DNA of 64,000 nt from Opitutales bacterium (GCA_022565335.1 JAIUMY010000002.1:24395-88394); one strand, 5' to 3'. Numbered from the stretch's first letter, positions 48,260 to 58,493 are shown. Notes: generated from the sequence alone by a model not told the origin. Translations and numbers: made by a program.

Positions 48260-48685
48260 TTAATCTTCGACTTCAATGCCCATGCTACGGGCGGTTCCGG
48301 CGATAATCCGGGACGCGGCTTCGGGGTCACTGGCGTTCAAGTCGTTTTTCTTGGTTTCAACGATCTCCAGGATTTGTTTCTTGGTGACCTTGCCAACCTT
48401 ATCGCGATTGGGCACTGCCGATCCCTTGGCCAATCCCGCCGCTTTTTTCAAAAGAATCGGTGCCGGAGGAGACTTGAGGATGAAGTCGAAGGACTTGTCC
48501 GCATAGACGGTGATGACCACTGGCAGAATCATGCCCGCTTGGTCTTTGGTCTTGGCATTGAATTCCTTACAGAATCCCATAATGTTAACTCCCTTCGCAC
48601 CGAGGGCGGGGCCGACGGGAGGAGCAGGGTTGGCAGCTCCAGCGGGAAGTTGGAGGCGAATAGTTCCGGTGATTTTTTTGGCCAT
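48260..48685 (-). CDS. rplK: 50S ribosomal protein L11
   Basis: 141 aa. N-terminus [34 protein letters not shown]. Confidence 0.97.
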   Translation of the reverse strand: MAKKITGTIRLQLPAGAANPAPPVGPALGAKGVNIMGFCKEFNAKTKDQAGMILPVVITVYADKSFDFILKSPPAPILLKKAAGLAKGSAVPNRDKVGKVTKKQILEIVETKKNDLNASDPEAASRIIAGTARSMGIEVED

Positions 48686-48713
48686 GATTAGAAAATGGTT
48701 GCAGAATTAAAAA

Positions 48714-49295
48714 TTAGGAATCGGTGTCCCGTTCAACTTGCCAGTACTCCAATTCAACAGGGGCGAAACGCCCGAAAATAGAAACAGAAATTTTGAGTTT
48801 GCCCTTCTCCGGGTCGATTTCGTCAATTCTGCCGGTAAGGTTGAGGAAAGGCCCATCGGTGACTTTGACTTCCTCTCCGACTTCAAACTGAATTTTCGGT
48901 ACTTCCTTCCCTTCCGCTTCGGAAACCTGACTTAGAATCCGGTCAATTTCAGACTTCCGCAGAGGCGTGGGACGATCCCCACCGACGAAATTGATAACCC
49001 CGACCGCGTCTTTGACAAAATACCAGGGGCGGTGCAGAAGCTTTCCGTCTTCATCGAAAAGTTTCATTTTGACGAACACATACCCCGGATAAAACTTGCG
49101 GGTCTTTTGGGATTTCTTGCCTTGCTTGACTTCCGAAACCGTCTCGGTTGGTACCAGAACTTCAAAAACGTAGTCGTCCATCTCCTCAATGGGGATGAAT
49201 TTATCCAAATAGGTTTTCACCTGTTCCTCTTTACCCGAGAGAACATGGAGAACATACCAATCGGCACCTTTTTCCTGGGTTTGGGCCTCACTCAT
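48714..49295 (-). CDS. nusG: Transcription termination/antitermination factor NusG
   Basis: 193 aa. WYVLHVLSGKEEQV NGN start and KOW region (GEEVKVTDGPF). Confidence 0.95.
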   Translation of the reverse strand: MSEAQTQEKGADWYVLHVLSGKEEQVKTYLDKFIPIEEMDDYVFEVLVPTETVSEVKQGKKSQKTRKFYPGYVFVKMKLFDEDGKLLHRPWYFVKDAVGVINFVGGDRPTPLRKSEIDRILSQVSEAEGKEVPKIQFEVGEEVKVTDGPFLNLTGRIDEIDPEKGKLKISVSIFGRFAPVELEYWQVERDTDS

Positions 49296-49296
49296 A

Positions 49297-49503
49297 TCAA
49301 TCGGTGACGAAGCTGGTAAACAAACTTACCACCTCGAAAAGGGAAAAATCCACGATACTCACAAACGTGCCAAGAATGACCACGGCAACCAAAACCACCA
49401 TTGTCGAATCTTTAAGCTCGGCAAAATTGGGCCAGGAAGCCTTTTTTAGCTCCTGGGAAGTTTCCGTGAAGAAAATACGGGCACTGCGAAAGGGATTTTT
49501 CAT
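49297..49503 (-). CDS. secE: Preprotein translocase subunit SecE
   Basis: 68 aa with a single C-terminal TM, between tRNA-Trp and nusG. Start moved to M13 because the ORF-track extension overlaps tRNA-Trp. Confidence 0.85.
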   Translation of the reverse strand: MKNPFRSARIFFTETSQELKKASWPNFAELKDSTMVVLVAVVILGTFVSIVDFSLFEVVSLFTSFVTD

Positions 49504-49509
49504 GTAAAA

Positions 49510-49585
49510 TGGCAGGACAGGAGGGACTCGAACCCCCAACCAATGGTTTTGGAGACCACTACTCTACCAATTGAGCTACTGTCCT
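49510..49585 (-). tRNA. tRNA-Trp (anticodon CCA)
   Basis: The minus-strand read AGGACAGTAGCTCAATTGGTAGAGTAGTGGTCTCCAAAACCATTGGTTGGGGGTTCGAGTCCCTCCTGTCCTGCCA folds as a cloverleaf. Anticodon loop is CTCCAAA and the 3' CCA is encoded. This is the classical tuf/tRNA-Trp/secE position. Confidence 0.93.
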
Positions 49586-49662
49586 ATATTTTGAGAAATT
49601 TTGTAAATGAAGGAACCGGAGCCCGATTTTACCGGGCTCCGGTTGTAGATAATTCAAATCGA

Positions 49663-50853
49663 TTACTCGATAATATCGGTAATCCGACCAGCACCGATGG
49701 TACGGCCGCCTTCGCGGATCGCGAAACGTTGTCCTTTTTCCATCGCGATAGGAACGATCAATTCCATTTCCACGTTGACGTTATCGCCGGGCATAATCAT
49801 TTCCACGCCTTCGGGAAGATTAACCACACCGGTAACATCGGTCGTACGGAAGTAGAACTGAGGACGGTATCCATTGAAGAAAGGAGTGTGACGTCCGCCT
49901 TCTTCCTTGCTCAAAACATAAACCTCGGCTTTAGCCTTCTTATGAGGAGTGATGGATTTCGGTGCCGCCAGTACCTGACCGCGCTCAATGGCATCTTTTT
50001 CAACACCACGGAGCAAAACCCCGACATTGTCACCAGCCTGACCTTGGTCAAGCATCTTGCGGAACATTTCCACACCGGTAACAACGGTGGTCTTGGTGTC
50101 CGTGATACCAACGATTTCAATGTTGTCGCCAACTTTGACAATCCCGCGCTCGATACGTCCGGTAGCAACCGTTCCACGACCAGTGATCGAGAAAACGTCT
50201 TCGACGGACATGAGGAAAGGTTTGTCAATTTCACGCTCCGGCTCCGGAATGTCTTTGTCGATCGCGTCGAGAAGCTCCTGAATGGCGGCTTTCCCTTCGT
50301 CCTTGTCTTCAAGGGCGGCAAGGGCGGAACCACGGACGATGCTGATATTGTCACCATCGAATTCATACTTGGAAAGCAATTCACGGATTTCCATGTCGAC
50401 CAGGTCGAGCAATTCTTCGTCGTCAATAAGGTCAACCTTGTTCAGGAAGACAACAATATTGGGCACCCCAACCTGACGAGCCAGGAGGATGTGCTCCCGG
50501 GTCTGCGGCATTGGGCCATCGGCGGCGCTAACGACCAAGATCGCACCATCCATCTGGGCGGCTCCGGTAATCATGTTTTTGACGAAATCGGCGTGACCCG
50601 GGCAATCGACGTGAGCATAGTGACGGTTGTCACTTTCATACTCCACGTGGGAGACGGCAATCGTCACAATCTTGGAGGCGTCACGAACGGTTCCTCCCTT
50701 GGCGATGTCCGAGTAGCTTTTCACTTCAGCCAGCCCTTTGCCCGATTGTACGGAAAGCAAAGCGGCAGTCAAAGTGGTCTTGCCGTGGTCAACGTGACCG
50801 ATAGTGCCCACATTAACGTGTGGTTTGGTTCTTTCGAAGGTTCCTTTAGCCAT
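49663..50853 (-). CDS. tuf: Elongation factor Tu
   Basis: 396 aa. [18 protein letters not shown] and NKVD GTPase motifs. Confidence 0.98.
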   Translation of the reverse strand: MAKGTFERTKPHVNVGTIGHVDHGKTTLTAALLSVQSGKGLAEVKSYSDIAKGGTVRDASKIVTIAVSHVEYESDNRHYAHVDCPGHADFVKNMITGAAQMDGAILVVSAADGPMPQTREHILLARQVGVPNIVVFLNKVDLIDDEELLDLVDMEIRELLSKYEFDGDNISIVRGSALAALEDKDEGKAAIQELLDAIDKDIPEPEREIDKPFLMSVEDVFSITGRGTVATGRIERGIVKVGDNIEIVGITDTKTTVVTGVEMFRKMLDQGQAGDNVGVLLRGVEKDAIERGQVLAAPKSITPHKKAKAEVYVLSKEEGGRHTPFFNGYRPQFYFRTTDVTGVVNLPEGVEMIMPGDNVNVEMELIVPIAMEKGQRFAIREGGRTIGAGRITDIIE

Positions 50854-50909
50854 GGATTTTTAGTTTGTTTGGTGTGATGAGAAATTCGGCGTTTCAATTT
50901 AATCGGCGG

Positions 50910-50985
<76 letters not shown>

Positions 50986-51073
50986 GCGGAGGCCAAATCA
51001 AATTGATCCCGAAGGAGGAAAAAGGTCTAAAATGAAGATTCTTCGTTTAGGCGTCAACGATTTTCTGATAAAT

Positions 51074-51817
51074 TTATAGACCTATTTCCACGAAATAATA
51101 TCCGGGTTCCAAATAGACCTCATGGAGGATTTCCTGCTCGAGTAGGTTTCTGCGCCAGGCATCGAGATCTTCGTCGCCACTTCCTCTCTCCAGGACCAGC
51201 AGTCCCACTGGCCCAACCTCGCTATGCTGATACCTGAACACTGTTGCCGGGCGGGGGCTTCCGTTCGGCCGGGAATCCGGATCGGCAGGGCGAAAATCAG
51301 TCAGCTCAAGACTGCTCCCGGCTCCCATTGCCTGAAAGTCAACTTTTCTTGAGGCACTTACCGATTGAACCTGCGGCTGTTTTTCTTGCCATAGATGCCG
51401 AAAAGGCGTTCGGGGCAACTGGAGAACGTCGCCGAGGTCCGGAGCGGGTGGAACCACCTCCCCTACCCCCTCGCGCAGAGCAGCGACCTCCAGATCGAAA
51501 TTCGGGCCGTGAAGGGGAAAGGGTTCTTCCGGACGACGTTGTAGAAGTCGCGATTCCCCCGGCAGAGGAGCATTCCAGGGCCCCGGAAGAAAAAGCGGAC
51601 CGGTCTCTTGTAAAAGCACCTTTAACCCCTCTTCCTGGGTATGCAGAGAATCCGGCCACCATAGAATTCTGAAATGCTCTTTTTCTTGACGGGTAAATTC
51701 CTCGTCCCTCGGGACAAACACCAAAAGCCCCGAAAAATGTATAATCATTGTAAGCAAAATGGCGGTTACCCAGATTCCTTTACCCGACATACCCTTGCTT
51801 GGGGAACGTAATTTCAT
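51074..51817 (-). CDS. TonB-like energy-transducer candidate (N-terminal TM, Pro-rich linker, TonB_C-like end)
   Basis: 247 aa. TM WVTAILLTMIIHFSGLLVFV, P-rich middle, and a C-terminus (VFRYQHSEVGPVGLLVLERGSGDEDLDAWRRNLL...) resembling the TonB C-terminal fold pattern. Directly downstream of exbB and exbD. Confidence 0.45.
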   Translation of the reverse strand: MKLRSPSKGMSGKGIWVTAILLTMIIHFSGLLVFVPRDEEFTRQEKEHFRILWWPDSLHTQEEGLKVLLQETGPLFLPGPWNAPLPGESRLLQRRPEEPFPLHGPNFDLEVAALREGVGEVVPPAPDLGDVLQLPRTPFRHLWQEKQPQVQSVSASRKVDFQAMGAGSSLELTDFRPADPDSRPNGSPRPATVFRYQHSEVGPVGLLVLERGSGDEDLDAWRRNLLEQEILHEVYLEPGYYFVEIGL

Positions 51818-51829
51818 CGCTTCGCGCTT

Positions 51830-52309
51830 TTAGGGGCCTGGGGTAAAACTCCCCGGACTTCGCCCGACTTCTTCGGACCGGACGGCTAAACGGACTTCCT
51901 CCACCCCCGCCCGGCGAATCTTTTCCAGAACCATTAACTGCTGCTCGAGATTCATCCTTCCGTCCATCCGGACTAGCAAAACCACCCCTTCCCGGGTCCG
52001 AAAGTGCTCCCGCAGCCGCCTCTCCAAATCTCCCGCACCAAAGGACTCTCCGGCAAAAAAGACCCTTTCGTTGGCGGTCACCGAGAGGATTTCCGAATGC
52101 TGGGTCCCCGACCACGGCGCACCGACATTCTCTTGTATTTCAAGTTCCGGCACCTGCAGGTTGATGCCCGGAGAGGGAGAACTGACAAAGGAACTGTGAA
52201 ACAGGGAAAATGCCATAAAAAGCGCGACAACATCTGCCAGCGCAAGAAACGGAAAGGAGGTCGAAGGCCTCTGCAAAACACTTTCCAAATTCAATGGACG
52301 GGTAATCAT
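51830..52309 (-). CDS. exbD: Biopolymer transport protein ExbD/TolR family
   Basis: 159 aa. Single TM, then ExbD-like core (ILSVTANERVFFAGESF...VVLLVRMDGRMNLEQQLMVLEKIRRAG). Confidence 0.8.
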   Translation of the reverse strand: MITRPLNLESVLQRPSTSFPFLALADVVALFMAFSLFHSSFVSSPSPGINLQVPELEIQENVGAPWSGTQHSEILSVTANERVFFAGESFGAGDLERRLREHFRTREGVVLLVRMDGRMNLEQQLMVLEKIRRAGVEEVRLAVRSEEVGRSPGSFTPGP

Positions 52310-53016
52310 GGAGAACCTCCCTCGCTATGCTCCGGTTTTTCAGTGGAGGGCTCTTCCGTGGCCTTTTCCAGCCGTAATTCCTTTTGTAGGAATTGCATCA
52401 TCTCATTTCCCACCCATTCCATATCCCGTACCAGCACCCGAACCCGGCCACGCAGAAAATGATGTCCCAAAAAAGCGGGCACGGCTATGCTCAGACCGGC
52501 TGCCGTAGTCAACAAAGCTTCCCAAAATCCTCCACTCAGCAAGGTCGGGGCAATGTACCCGGCTTCCGCTTCCATTCGTTGGAAAATTTGCATGATTCCC
52601 AAAACCGTCCCCAATAACCCCAACACCGGGGCACACTGCGCGATCGCCGCGAGAGTCCCAATCCTTCGTTCCAGCGTGGGGATTTCCGCCAAAGCCGCCT
52701 CCTGGACCGCAAAGCGCAATTGCTCAGCGTCTTCCTCATGATGCAGCAGCGCCGCCTTTACCATTCCCGCCGCCGGCCCGGGAGTTTCCTCGCATACCGT
52801 TAAAGCCTCTAAAAGCCGACGACGACGAACGATGTTTTTGATTCCATCAACAAACTCCGTGGAACGGATTTGGTTACGATGAAAAAACAACATCCTCTCA
52901 ATGAAGATCAATAACCCAAACAAACTTAATCCAAGCAGGACCCACATCACCGGTCCTCCCCGCTCCAATAAAGACAAATCTACCATAAGAAAAAACGTAT
53001 TCATTTTCATTAACAA
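52306..53016 (-). CDS. exbB: MotA/TolQ/ExbB proton-channel family protein
   Basis: 236 aa. Conserved C-terminal half (LAAIAQCAPVLGLLGTVLGIMQIF...ALLTTAAGLSIAVPA). Confidence 0.85.
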   Translation of the reverse strand: MLMKMNTFFLMVDLSLLERGGPVMWVLLGLSLFGLLIFIERMLFFHRNQIRSTEFVDGIKNIVRRRRLLEALTVCEETPGPAAGMVKAALLHHEEDAEQLRFAVQEAALAEIPTLERRIGTLAAIAQCAPVLGLLGTVLGIMQIFQRMEAEAGYIAPTLLSGGFWEALLTTAAGLSIAVPAFLGHHFLRGRVRVLVRDMEWVGNEMMQFLQKELRLEKATEEPSTEKPEHSEGGSP

Positions 53017-53019
53017 ACC

Positions 53020-55701
53020 TCAAAGCTCCTCCCGTTGCTCCCGCAGCAATTCTACTCCGGGCAAATTCTGTTCCGTGAAAAGTCGGTGAACCTCCAATGC
53101 CCTCTCGGTCTCCTCCGAGGACTCCAATAAGCGACTCAGGGCCAATAACGCTCTGGCTACCCAAAATCTTCCGGTGGTTCCGTAAACCACCGGTTCCTCC
53201 CCTTGAAGGGTTTGCGCCAATTGGTAATAAATCGTCCTCGCCCGCCCCTTTTCCCCAAATCTTTCGAGCGCCTGCCCCAACTTGTACGAGGCTTCACTGC
53301 GCACATCAGGCGTCAATTCCGGCAGATCCAACAACCGTTCCAGAATACCCAAGGCCGCCACCGCATGACGGTCTCCGACTTCCTCGGCTTGGGCCAGATG
53401 ACTATCGGCAATGGCCAGACGCACCTGCGAAATTTCGGGATGATCGGAATGACTCGACAAAACGGTTTCGTACACTTGCCGGGCGGCGCTGAAACGGTTC
53501 ATCTGGCGCAAAATGTCTCCTTGCCGAACCCTCGCATAGAACCCCATCGGATGCCCCGGAAAATCGCGCACCAGACTTTCCAGCCGAGCAATCGCCTTCT
53601 CCTGAAAATTCGTATCATGACCACTGCGCAAATGATACAGGGCAGCCTCATAATACGCAATGACCAGAAAATCCGCCGCCCTCTCCCGGCGCTCCAGTGC
53701 TTCCTCATCCTCATCCTCCTCGCGCCTTACCGATTGAATGAGATTCTCCAAAACATTGGCCGCCGTAACCGTTTGCCCCTGTTCCGCTAAATAACGGGCC
53801 TGGGACAATACTGCATATACCGCCGCATCGGTTTCCGGAAAATTTTGGTACACCTCCTCGAAAATTTCCACCCCTTCCTCAATATCCCCCAGACGAAGAA
53901 GAACATTGGCTTGCAGGAGCAAGGTGTGGCTGACCAACCGTTGCCACCACCCGGCTTCGGTTTCGTTAAGCGCGGTCAAATCTTCCTTCAATTCAATCGC
54001 CATTGCCAAAGCCTCCTCCCAGCGCCCCACCTCATAACTCATTTGGGCACTAAGCCAACGAAGGCGAAGACGAAGCGTCTGGACCTCCCGAACATCAGCC
54101 GGAAATTCATTTCCCAGAAGCCGCTCGATACGCGCCATTCCTTCCCTCCGACGGTTTTCCCGCTGCAGGGTTCGCGCTAAATTCCACTCCGCTTTCCAGA
54201 GCAAATCCCCGGAAGAACCGTCCTCGCCCAACTCATCCCACCACTGGTCCATCGCCCTTTTGGCACTCTCGGTCTCCCCCCGCCGGATTTCCGCCAGGAC
54301 CCGCTGGTGAAAAGTCCGTCCCCGATGTATTCTGGAACCATCTCCCACCAAGGCCTCACCATACGCTTCAGCGGCATTGGAATAATCTCCCGCACGAAAA
54401 TAACTATCCCCCAGAAGTAAGCTCCACTCGGCCCGACGGGCAGGATTCTCCGTGCGCTCTCGCAAATTGGCCAGACGATTGGACGCCGTTCGAAACTGGC
54501 GCTGGTCCCACGCCAAAAGGGCTTGGGTTTGTAGAACCAGAGGAACCACCTGGGACGCCGGAAATTCTTCCAAAATACGTTGGGCATCCTCTCCGGCCCC
54601 GTCATAGTCTCCCAGGGCAAGGCGCAACTGGGACCGGTGAAAGAGAATTTCATCCAGGAGCAAATGAGGAGGTTCCAATTCAACCAAACCATCCAATAGC
54701 TCGCCCAAAGCCTCTTCCCCTCCTTCTTGACGGAATTCCTCCCGCAACAACATTGCCAAGGCGGACCGGAGGTAAGAACGCCGCTCCCCTATTTCCAGAA
54801 GCCGCCGTAAGGATTCGCGCCCGCGGGAACTTCCCTGACCGGCCACCAAACCTTCGAGCAAAAGATACTGCTCCCGCAATTCCCGCGCCTCTTCGGGTAA
54901 ACGCGGGTAGTGGGTGCGCAGAAGATTTAACGCCTCTTCCCGCCGGTCAAGCCAATGCAACAAAGCCGCTTGCTGCAAAATAAAACGAAACCCAATGACC
55001 CGCCCGGAAAACTCTTCCACCTGGGCTGCCAATTCACTTAGCAAATCCTCCGAAGGGGCATCCCCCAACAATTGCAAACGAAACTGAGCTAACCGGGTGC
55101 GGGCGATCAACGCGGGCCCCACCTCCATCTCCAGTATCCTCTCGTACCAGTTGCGGGCATCCTCCACGCGACCCCTTCGCTCCATATGAAGCCCCCTGAG
55201 AAAAAAAAAGATCCCCCGTTCCGTTTCCGGCAACAAATCGGCCGGAAACCCCGCAATCAAACGGTCCAGCTCCCGGCGATCTTCTTTTTCAAAGGTAATG
55301 ATGGCTCTCCGTAAATCCCAGCGGGGTCCCTCAAAATCGGGGTTTGCCTGCAATACTTCCTCTGCTTCCCGCAAGCGCCCCACCGCCAAATAGGATGCCG
55401 TGAGGTTGAGTAAGGCCTCCTCCCTCCGATGGTCCTCAGACGGCAAAGCGGCCAAGGCTTCCTGAAAAAAGTAAATCGCCAGCGACGGGAAGCCTTCCTT
55501 TTGGGCCTGCTCTCCCAACGAAAGAGCCCGCAGAAAACCGGATTCCCGCTCAATCTCCAACCATCCCTCATCCTCGACCAAAGGCACCCGCGGCATCGCC
55601 TTCGCCGGACTTTCGGCGGACAAAGGCGTAAGAAGCGGCAAACATGCCGCCAAAACGCCAAGGACCAAACGTCGGCGAAAGGCTTTTACTGAGAAATTCA
55701 C
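53020..55701 (-). CDS. Large secreted TPR-repeat protein
   Basis: 893 aa. Signal peptide (LVLGVLAACLPLLTPLSAES) and many A/L/Y/E-rich 34-residue-type repeats. First gene of the exbBD operon. Confidence 0.75.
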   Translation of the reverse strand: MNFSVKAFRRRLVLGVLAACLPLLTPLSAESPAKAMPRVPLVEDEGWLEIERESGFLRALSLGEQAQKEGFPSLAIYFFQEALAALPSEDHRREEALLNLTASYLAVGRLREAEEVLQANPDFEGPRWDLRRAIITFEKEDRRELDRLIAGFPADLLPETERGIFFFLRGLHMERRGRVEDARNWYERILEMEVGPALIARTRLAQFRLQLLGDAPSEDLLSELAAQVEEFSGRVIGFRFILQQAALLHWLDRREEALNLLRTHYPRLPEEARELREQYLLLEGLVAGQGSSRGRESLRRLLEIGERRSYLRSALAMLLREEFRQEGGEEALGELLDGLVELEPPHLLLDEILFHRSQLRLALGDYDGAGEDAQRILEEFPASQVVPLVLQTQALLAWDQRQFRTASNRLANLRERTENPARRAEWSLLLGDSYFRAGDYSNAAEAYGEALVGDGSRIHRGRTFHQRVLAEIRRGETESAKRAMDQWWDELGEDGSSGDLLWKAEWNLARTLQRENRRREGMARIERLLGNEFPADVREVQTLRLRLRWLSAQMSYEVGRWEEALAMAIELKEDLTALNETEAGWWQRLVSHTLLLQANVLLRLGDIEEGVEIFEEVYQNFPETDAAVYAVLSQARYLAEQGQTVTAANVLENLIQSVRREEDEDEEALERRERAADFLVIAYYEAALYHLRSGHDTNFQEKAIARLESLVRDFPGHPMGFYARVRQGDILRQMNRFSAARQVYETVLSSHSDHPEISQVRLAIADSHLAQAEEVGDRHAVAALGILERLLDLPELTPDVRSEASYKLGQALERFGEKGRARTIYYQLAQTLQGEEPVVYGTTGRFWVARALLALSRLLESSEETERALEVHRLFTEQNLPGVELLREQREEL

Positions 55702-55838
55702 GGAAAAATTAGAATCTTGCAGGATGAGGTTTCATTCGACAACAACCAAACCAAAAAGTTGTCATCTTGCCAACTTTAAGCATTGGCATTTTTTTAATAT
55801 AACACATTATTGAGTTTTTCCCTATACTCTATACTGCC

Positions 55839-56441
55839 ATGGACCCAATTCTTATTGTTATTCTCCTTCTCGTCCTGTTTTTCGGCTTTTTGGTCATTTT
55901 CGCGGTCAGCATCTACAATGCGCTGGTCACCTTGCGGAATCGCTACAAAAATGCCTTCAGCCAGATCGATGTTCAACTCAAACGCCGCTACGACCTTATT
56001 CCAAATCTGGTGGAAACCGCGAAGGGCTACATGAAACACGAGCGCGAGACCCTCGAAGCGGTCATCCAAGCGCGAAACATGGCTTCCCAAGCGAATCAAA
56101 AAGCGGCCCAAAATCCGGGCGATCCTTCCGCAATGAAAGGCCTGATGGGCGCCGAGGCCGCCTTGACGGGCTCTTTGGGCAAACTGTTTGCCCTCTCCGA
56201 AGCCTATCCCGACCTCAAGGCCAACCAGAATATGATGCAGCTCACCGAGGAACTGACCTCTACCGAGAACAAAATCGCCTTTGCCCGGCAGGCCTACAAC
56301 GACTCCGTCATGCGCTACAACACCAAACGGGAAGTTTTTCCGAACAATCTCTTCGCCGGAGTTTTCAATTTCCAGGAAGCGCAGTTGTTTGAAATTGAGG
56401 ACCCTGCCGCCCGCGAAGCGGTTAAGGTGGACTTCTCCTAA
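55839..56441 (+). CDS. lemA: LemA family protein
   Basis: 200 aa. N-terminal TM, then YNALVTLRNRYKNAFSQIDVQLKRRYDLIPNLVETAKGYMKHERETL, the LemA signature. Confidence 0.9.
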   Translation: MDPILIVILLLVLFFGFLVIFAVSIYNALVTLRNRYKNAFSQIDVQLKRRYDLIPNLVETAKGYMKHERETLEAVIQARNMASQANQKAAQNPGDPSAMKGLMGAEAALTGSLGKLFALSEAYPDLKANQNMMQLTEELTSTENKIAFARQAYNDSVMRYNTKREVFPNNLFAGVFNFQEAQLFEIEDPAAREAVKVDFS

Positions 56442-56447
56442 GCGGGT

Positions 56448-58493
56448 TTGCGCCCTCCCATTGCCCACGAGATGGACTTTTTCGAGGCCCAGGAACAGGC
56501 TAAAAAAAGGACCGTGCTCCTCGCGGGTCTCTTTGCTACGGTGGTGGTCATCATCACCGCCGCCGTCTATGCGGCCGTCTTTTTCACCCTCGATCTGACC
56601 GGCCTCACCACCGACTATATGGAGGCTCGGCAAAGCCGGTGGTTCGACCCATCACTCACTCCGCTGGTGATCCTTTCCTCGCTGGGCATTATGGCGATCG
56701 GAAGCCTTGTCCGCACTTACCAATTGCGCGAAGGGGGTTCCTCGGTAGCCCTCATGCTGGGCGGTGAATTGGTCGCCGACCGTCCGGACGACCCCAAAAT
56801 GCAACGTCTCCTCAATGTCGTCGAGGAAATGGCCATCGCCTCCGGGGTTCCCGTACCCGCCACCTATATCCTGCCGGAAGAAACCTCAATCAATGCCTTT
56901 GCCGCCGGACACTCCCTCGACGATGCCGCCATCGGCGTCACCCGCGGGGCCGTGGATCAGCTCTCCCGCGACGAATTGCAGGGAGTGGTCGCCCACGAAT
57001 TCAGCCATATCCTCAATGGCGACATGAAGCTCAACATCCGCCTACTCGGTTTACTCAACGGGATCCTCATGTTCTATGTTTTGGGATCCATCTTCTGGCG
57101 GTTCTTCTTTTACTTCATGTTTCCCTCCCAAGCCGATCGTCGCTACGGCGGCTCCTCCCGCGGAGGAGGGGTTTATTTTGGCGGCAGCTCCGGCGGCCGA
57201 AGCCGCAACCGTGGCGGCGGCGGGGGCAAAGGCGGCGGCGGGGGAGGCATTATCATTGCGATTGTCGTCCTAAGCACCCTCCTGGTGGTCATCGGCCTTA
57301 TCGGACTCTTTTTTGCCCGCCTCATCCAAAGCGCCATTTCCCGGCAACGCGAATACCTCGCCGATTCCGCCGCCGTCCAATTTACCCGCAACCCCGAAGG
57401 CATCGGCGGAGCCCTTAAAAAAATCGGGGGCCTCCACCGTAAAAGCTACCTGCGCAACGACCACGCCGAAGAAGCCGGACACCTCTTTTTTGGCCGCGTC
57501 GCCGCCCTGAGTATGGGCGGCTTGACCAACACCCATCCGCCCCTCAAAAAACGGATTCGGGCCATTGACCCCTCCTTCGATGGCCAATACCCGAAGGTCA
57601 AAACCATCCCCGCCACCCGTCCGAAAGTTTCGGATACCGCCTACGAACCCAAACGCAAAAGTCCCAAAACGCAAAACCCTCCCATTATTCGCCCGGAAGT
57701 CCTCATGGCGGGCATGGGCATTCTCGAACAAAGTCAACTTGAGCGAGCCCAAAACCTGCTCGAAAAAATCCCCCGGCTGGTGCGCCAGGCCGCGCACGAA
57801 CTTACCGGAGCCCGTGCCATCGTTTATTTTACCTTATTTCAATCGGAAGGCGATACACGGGCCCGGCAGATGGACCTTCTAAAGGAAAAAGCCGATCCCT
57901 TGGTCTTCCGTGAATTGACCAAACTGCTCCCCCACCTTTCCCAACTCTCTGCCGGGCAAAGGTTGCCCGTTATCGATCTTTGCCTCCCCGTCCTTCGCCA
58001 ACTCTCTCCCGACCAATGGATTCGTTTCCGCGATAACATCAACCTCCTTGTTGCCGCCGACGAACAAGTAAACCTTTTCGAGTTCTGCGTTAAAAAAATC
58101 GTCTTCCGCCAACTCGGCCAGCATTTCGAGGGTGAAAAAGGCGGCCCTCCCCGCTACTTCAGCATCAACGCCCTTTCGGAGGAAATCTCCATACTCCTCT
58201 CGGCCCTCAGTTACGAGGGCGAGAAAGACACCCGCAAGGCCTTCGGCGCCGCCTTGGGCCGGGCCGGAGGCTTACGCAATGAACTGCACCTCCTCCCCCG
58301 GGAACATTGCACCATGGATAAACTCACCGATGCCGTCGATAAAATCGCCGACTCCCTCCTCCCCATTCGCCGAAGAGTCCTGGAATGCTGCGTGTATTGT
58401 GCCGTCGCCAATCACGACATCGCCCCCGGAGAACGACAGCTTCTCCGGGCTATCGCCGAGGCCTTCGCCCTTCCCGCCCCTTCGGTTCTCTGA
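56448..58493 (+). CDS. M48-family (HtpX-like) zinc metallopeptidase with Gly-rich insert and long helical C-terminal extension
   Basis: HEFSH (HEXXH) at VVAHEFSHILNGD, downstream REYLADSAAV, several TM spans, and a G-rich run GGSSRGGGVYFGGSSGGRSRNRGGGGGKGGGGGG. About 290 extra C-terminal residues. ATG 56472 is an alternative start. Confidence 0.8.
   Translation: MRPPIAHEMDFFEAQEQAKKRTVLLAGLFATVVVIITAAVYAAVFFTLDLTGLTTDYMEARQSRWFDPSLTPLVILSSLGIMAIGSLVRTYQLREGGSSVALMLGGELVADRPDDPKMQRLLNVVEEMAIASGVPVPATYILPEETSINAFAAGHSLDDAAIGVTRGAVDQLSRDELQGVVAHEFSHILNGDMKLNIRLLGLLNGILMFYVLGSIFWRFFFYFMFPSQADRRYGGSSRGGGVYFGGSSGGRSRNRGGGGGKGGGGGGIIIAIVVLSTLLVVIGLIGLFFARLIQSAISRQREYLADSAAVQFTRNPEGIGGALKKIGGLHRKSYLRNDHAEEAGHLFFGRVAALSMGGLTNTHPPLKKRIRAIDPSFDGQYPKVKTIPATRPKVSDTAYEPKRKSPKTQNPPIIRPEVLMAGMGILEQSQLERAQNLLEKIPRLVRQAAHELTGARAIVYFTLFQSEGDTRARQMDLLKEKADPLVFRELTKLLPHLSQLSAGQRLPVIDLCLPVLRQLSPDQWIRFRDNINLLVAADEQVNLFEFCVKKIVFRQLGQHFEGEKGGPPRYFSINALSEEISILLSALSYEGEKDTRKAFGAALGRAGGLRNELHLLPREHCTMDKLTDAVDKIADSLLPIRRRVLECCVYCAVANHDIAPGERQLLRAIAEAFALPAPSVL

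Noticed and set aside
49543-50877. 444-aa plus-strand ORF.
   Set aside because: It is antisense to tuf and begins inside tRNA-Trp. It is a shadow ORF.
51012-51073. 15-codon mini-ORF (MKILRLGVNDFLINL) with GGAGGA upstream, on the plus strand between tRNA-Thr and the TonB-like gene.
   Set aside because: It is too short to evaluate, lies opposite to all neighbouring transcription, and is probably a chance ORF.
55794-56633. 279-aa minus-strand ORF.
   Set aside because: It is antisense to lemA and the start of the M48 gene. The lemA frame has an unmistakable family signature, whereas this one is G/R/H-rich with no motif.
57150-57250. GGC/GGA-rich stretch that looks like a tandem DNA repeat.
   Set aside because: There is no regular period or spacer structure. 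It simply encodes the poly-Gly/Ser/Arg insert of the M48 protein. It is not a CRISPR array or VNTR.
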